Of a DNA stretch of 64,000 bases, positions 60,457 through 64,000 are shown piece by piece. The translations under genes were made by a program, and so were the position numbers. Location of the stretch: positions 123,194,001 to 123,258,000 of the forward strand of contig OX638151.1 in NCBI GenBank assembly GCA_951804945.1, written 5' to 3'. The notes under the pieces are model-generated. The model made no database searches. It worked only from the letters and a program-made list of their open reading frames with translations, and was not told the DNA's origin. Numbering within the stretch: the first letter of the stretch is position 1; the number at the start of each line of letters is the position of its first letter. This DNA comes from Podarcis cretensis. Lineage: Eukaryota.

Positions 60457-60590
60457 CAGGGCACCCAACACTGTGCCTTCCATATGCTTTAGATTTCAAC
60501 CTATTAGCCCCAGTCAGCATGATCAGTGGTCAGGACTGATGATACCTGTAGTCCAATAACATCTGGAGGGCGCTACATGGACTAGCTCTG
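60457..60590. mobile_element. Older hAT MITE
   Basis: CAGGGC...GCTCTG ends; TSD CTCTAGCA/TTCTAGCA. Confidence 0.75.
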
Positions 60591-61227
60591 TTCTAGCACA
60601 GGCAAGGAAAGTATGACCATTTTGAATTGTGTGTTTGTGTGTATAACTTTTTATAGGGTTTTATAAACAAGGATCATAGGAATACTAAATGATACAAATA
60701 AAAAGAACAAGTGGCCTTGTGGTGCAGCAATAAAACTGCTAGCACATTTGCAAAGTTAAGCAGGGTCTGGTGTGGTTTCAGTACCCCTTCCAACTCTACA
60801 ATGCTATGATTCTAAGTCTTCTCGTGTCATTTGTACATCTCAAAAATAGCATGCAAGATTTGTAGCAATATCTACGACACATGGTTCATTGTTAGTGGTC
60901 AGTGTATAAGTTCATGAACTGGTTTAAACAAAAGTGAAGGAGAAACAGAGTAGAACAGAATTAACAGCTAACTTTCAACATCGCAAAGCCAAATACCTAA
61001 TCAGGAACCCTTGTGCTTTTGCTTACATTAAATAAGAGTAATAATCATTTTTCCTCTTATATTACTTATGAAACCATATAAAATGTTAGTCTATTGATGA
61101 ATGTGGGAGGGGGGTTCAAAGTAAAAATAGTAATTTATGTTTAAATTTAAATTTAGATCAACCAGATTGAGCCAAATGCTGGTGGGGGGACTGTTCATTT
61201 TCTGGAATATTGGCATATGTTATTAAA

Positions 61228-61620
61228 TTAAACCACACCAGGGTAAAGCCATATTTTATCTGCCTGTGTGTCAATCATTGTTGTTTCTCTCTTTGTTAAT
61301 ATCTCAAGTAGAACTGTTTCCCAAACAGTTTTGTACCAATTGTCTAACGTTGCACCAGAAAGGTCTTTCCAGTGTCTGGTTATGTTGTGTCTTACTGCTT
61401 GTAATAAATGGCTTATTAATTCTTTATTATGTAAAACCTGGTTGTTGTACTGAAATATATTTAATAAAGCTAATTCTGGTTTGACTTCCAATTGTTGTTT
61501 TGTTGTCTTATTAATTTTTTGGAATGTTGAATACCAGGAAGGTTGGATTTTTGTCCACATGTGGTGGGGCCGCCCCTCCAACAATGCAATGAGGTTCCAG
61601 AATGGACCATTGCCTGCTTT
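61228..61620 (-). mobile_element. L1 ORF2 C-terminal fragment
   Basis: CWRG..HMWTKIQP.W zinc-knuckle remnant; KPELALLNIF; AVRHNITRHWK. Confidence 0.8.
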
Positions 61621-61624
61621 CTAA

Positions 61625-62172
61625 GGTTAGGTATCACCTATAGCGCTTTCCCGCTATCCCGGACCGGGACTTTCGCCCAACGCCGGCCTTCCTGGACCTC
61701 TTCTGAAGGCCGGCGGGGGGCAAAAGTCTTTGCTCCCCCCCCAGCCTGCCTTCCCGGGATAGCGGAGAAGCGCAGCACGTTTCTCCGCTATCCCGGACGG
61801 CTTTTGAAGGCAGGCGGGGGGAAGCAAAGACTTTCACTCACCGCCTGCCTTCAGAAGACCTCCGCTGTCCCGGGGGCTTTTAAAATGCTGGGGGTCGGCA
61901 GCGAAGGGTTCGCTGCCGCCCGCCAGCATTTTAAGATCGCCCCGGGACAGCGGAGAAGTCTCCGCTGTCCCGGGGGCTTTTAAAATGCTGGAGGTCGGCA
62001 GCAAAGCCCTCCTGTCCCCGGAGCTTGCGGGGCGGGAGGTGGGGAGAAGGGCTTTTCTTCCCACCGCCAGCCTTCAGAACAGCCTATGGGAAACCGTGCT
62101 TCGCAAGACGAAAAACTCGCAAGAAGAAAAAACTTGCGGAACGAATTAATTTTGTCTTGCGTGGCACCACTG
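61625..62172. mobile_element. One-ended GC-rich Tc1/mariner non-autonomous element
   Basis: Right TIR GTCTTGCGTGGCACCACTG followed by TA; internal direct and inverted repeats (CTCCGCTGTCCCGGGGGCTTTTAAAATGCTGG twice). Left TIR absent. Confidence 0.75.
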
Positions 62173-62174
62173 TA

Positions 62175-62600
62175 TTGCTGGCTGAAATAGACTTAAAGAC
62201 TTGAACTTTTGTATTTAGCTAGTAGATCAGTAATTTCCATTTCTAGTTTTGTTATTGTTGTAGAGGTTTCTTTTTTGATATATGATTTTTCTTTGATACA
62301 GCTATCTCTTGTCACGGCTTTCATGACCTCCCAAAGGTTGGTAGAATTAGTGATGTCATTGTTGTTTTCCTTAAAATAGAATTGTACGGTTTCTGCTATC
62401 CTTTCTCTGGATAGTTGGTTGGTCACTAAAATAGGGTTAAACGACCATGATGGCAAGATTTGGATTTAATTGCCCAGTCCAGCTTGAAAGAAATGTAAAA
62501 TTGAAATCTTTTGGATTTTCTTCACTCGATATATCATATAAGCCCCATTTTTGGAAGAGTTGTAGTAATTTGTATGCCTCTTTTGTTTTCTTTTTGGGAT
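62175..62600 (-). mobile_element. L1 ORF2 fragment (end of endonuclease and linker)
   Basis: WSFNPILV...YFKENN....LWEVMKAVTRDSCI, matching the L1 post-endonuclease W.FN and LW..KA..RG motifs. Confidence 0.75.
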
Positions 62601-62771
62601 TTATCTTTTAAAAGGTTCCAGCACTGGAAATGGTGGGTTGGCTTCTCTGGTGTACCTTCACTTGCTGAGCTCTATGCTGCCTTGTGCCTTTGCCTCCCAG
62701 TAACTGGCAGCATTGGGAAGCCCAGTCAGCAACCATTCTCACTGCCCCACTGCTTCTGCTGGTGCTGCCTC

Positions 62772-63440
62772 TGAACACATAGGAACATGGCATATTGAGT
62801 CTGATCATTGGCTCATCTTGCCCAGCATTGTCCACACTGACTGACAGAGGGTTTCCAGGGTTTCAGGCAAGTTGTGTTCTCACCCCTACTTGGTAGGGTT
62901 GCCATATGTATGGGAAATCCCGGACATGTCCTCTTTTGGGGGGCCTACACCCCCATCCACAGGGATTTTTGCATTTTATAGGAAATGTTTTGGTTTGGGG
63001 GGGGGCGATTTGAGGATATTTATTTATTTGTGTTTTTTAACTGTGCTATGAAAGCAGAAGCAGTTGCTTTGGCCGGAGATGAGCGTGCACGAGGCCCGCG
63101 TACTACCAGCGTCGCCACCAGGCCCATGCGCATCTTTCCCAGCTTGGGCTGGCAGTGGCCTCTAGGGAAGCCACCACTGCTTCCCCCTCTTGCTCAGTTT
63201 CGGCCACCCAGAACACGAAGTCTGTGAGTAGCGCTAGAGGAGGCGGCAGCGGTTGGCTATTCCCCCCCCCCCCAAAAAGCTCAAAAACGTTGTTGGCTAT
63301 CTCATCAAAGAAGCTACCGATCGTCCGGATTTTCACTTCCTAAAATAGGATTTTCACTTCCTAAAAGCTGGAGATGCTGGGGATTGAAGCTGGGACCTTT
63401 TGCATGCAGACCATGCGCTCCCCCACTGAGCTGCAGTACT
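62772..63440 (-). mobile_element. tRNA-derived SINE (family of 2283-2465) interrupted by a hAT element
   Basis: Tail at 62772-62890 and tRNA-like head at 63367-63440. Confidence 0.65.
62894..63365. mobile_element. hAT (TAGGGTTGCCA-type) non-autonomous element with right TIR lost
   Basis: Left end TAGGGTTGCCATATGT; subterminal CCGGAC/GTCCGG repeats; ends in a duplicated GGATTTTCACTTCCTAAAA. Confidence 0.6.
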
Positions 63441-64000
63441 TCTTGTTACAGCTCTGAGTTAGTGTTACTGCTCTTAATAAATTTATGGCATTTCTGACAC
63501 ACTTTTATAATTCAGATCTTGAATATTTCTGGTATGTGCCACATTTTAAAAACATTAACTTCTCCATTCGTATGCATCATCATACTTAATAAACGTTCTG
63601 GATATCTTGAGCCATGATTTTGCTTTTAAGCACCTTTTCATCACAGATGGCATTTGGGCCTCCAAATCTTCCATCCAACTGTCTAAATTATTTTAACTGA
63701 CATAGTTTCTAATTTACTCTCTCCAGTTGAGAGAGCTTCCCGTAGCTTGTCTATTTTAGCATTTAATTGCTCTATGCTTCCACAAATTAGATTCTGTAGT
63801 GATCCATTTTGCTCTGTTAGTGAAGCAGTGATCTCTTCAGCATAGCCTAAGTAATATGGAACTTGTGATGTAGTTTAAAGACCGTCATCCAGGAACTTCT
63901 GGACTTGTTTCACTTTGGAGTGTTTGCAGCAAGTGAAATAGCAATATCACTACCATGCATTTCTGAATTGTAGCCAATTTGACTGAAAATATTGCCTTAT

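Noticed and set aside
1-64000. A novel multi-gene system, CRISPR array or prokaryotic operon
   Set aside because: The sequence is vertebrate intron. Repeats are dispersed TEs and microsatellites with no repeat-spacer periodicity, and there are no intact non-TE ORFs apart from the EHBP1 exons.

Overview
Vertebrate genomic DNA from a squamate lizard, probably a lacertid (Sauria SINEs, BovB, and a Squam3-type SINE with a (CTT)n tail). The window lies within EHBP1 on the + strand. Three small coding exons of the N-terminal C2 (NT-C2) domain are present (20495-20552, 26697-26792, 31438-31491). The ATG exon and the exon after 31491 were not found and are presumably outside the window. The rest is intron packed with transposable elements: L2, CR1, L1 and BovB LINE fragments, Sauria and other tRNA-derived SINEs, hAT and Tc1/mariner-pogo MITEs (several nested), solo LTRs, and Penelope-like elements carrying minimal hammerhead ribozymes. 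There are two assembly gaps. Almost all ORFs in the supplied track are spurious or TE-derived. I see no evidence of a wholly new multi-gene system. The most notable items are: (1) a young Penelope insertion with a perfect 159-bp inverted repeat that places sense and antisense hammerhead ribozymes in the EHBP1 pre-mRNA, plus two related copies; (2) a decayed antisense ZNRD2/SSSCA1 copy; (3) a probable retroviral env TM remnant; (4) two different Sauria SINEs inserted successively at the same target site; (5) a candidate alternative first exon (ATG GAA|gtaagt). Family names are assigned from recalled sequence signatures, not from database searches.
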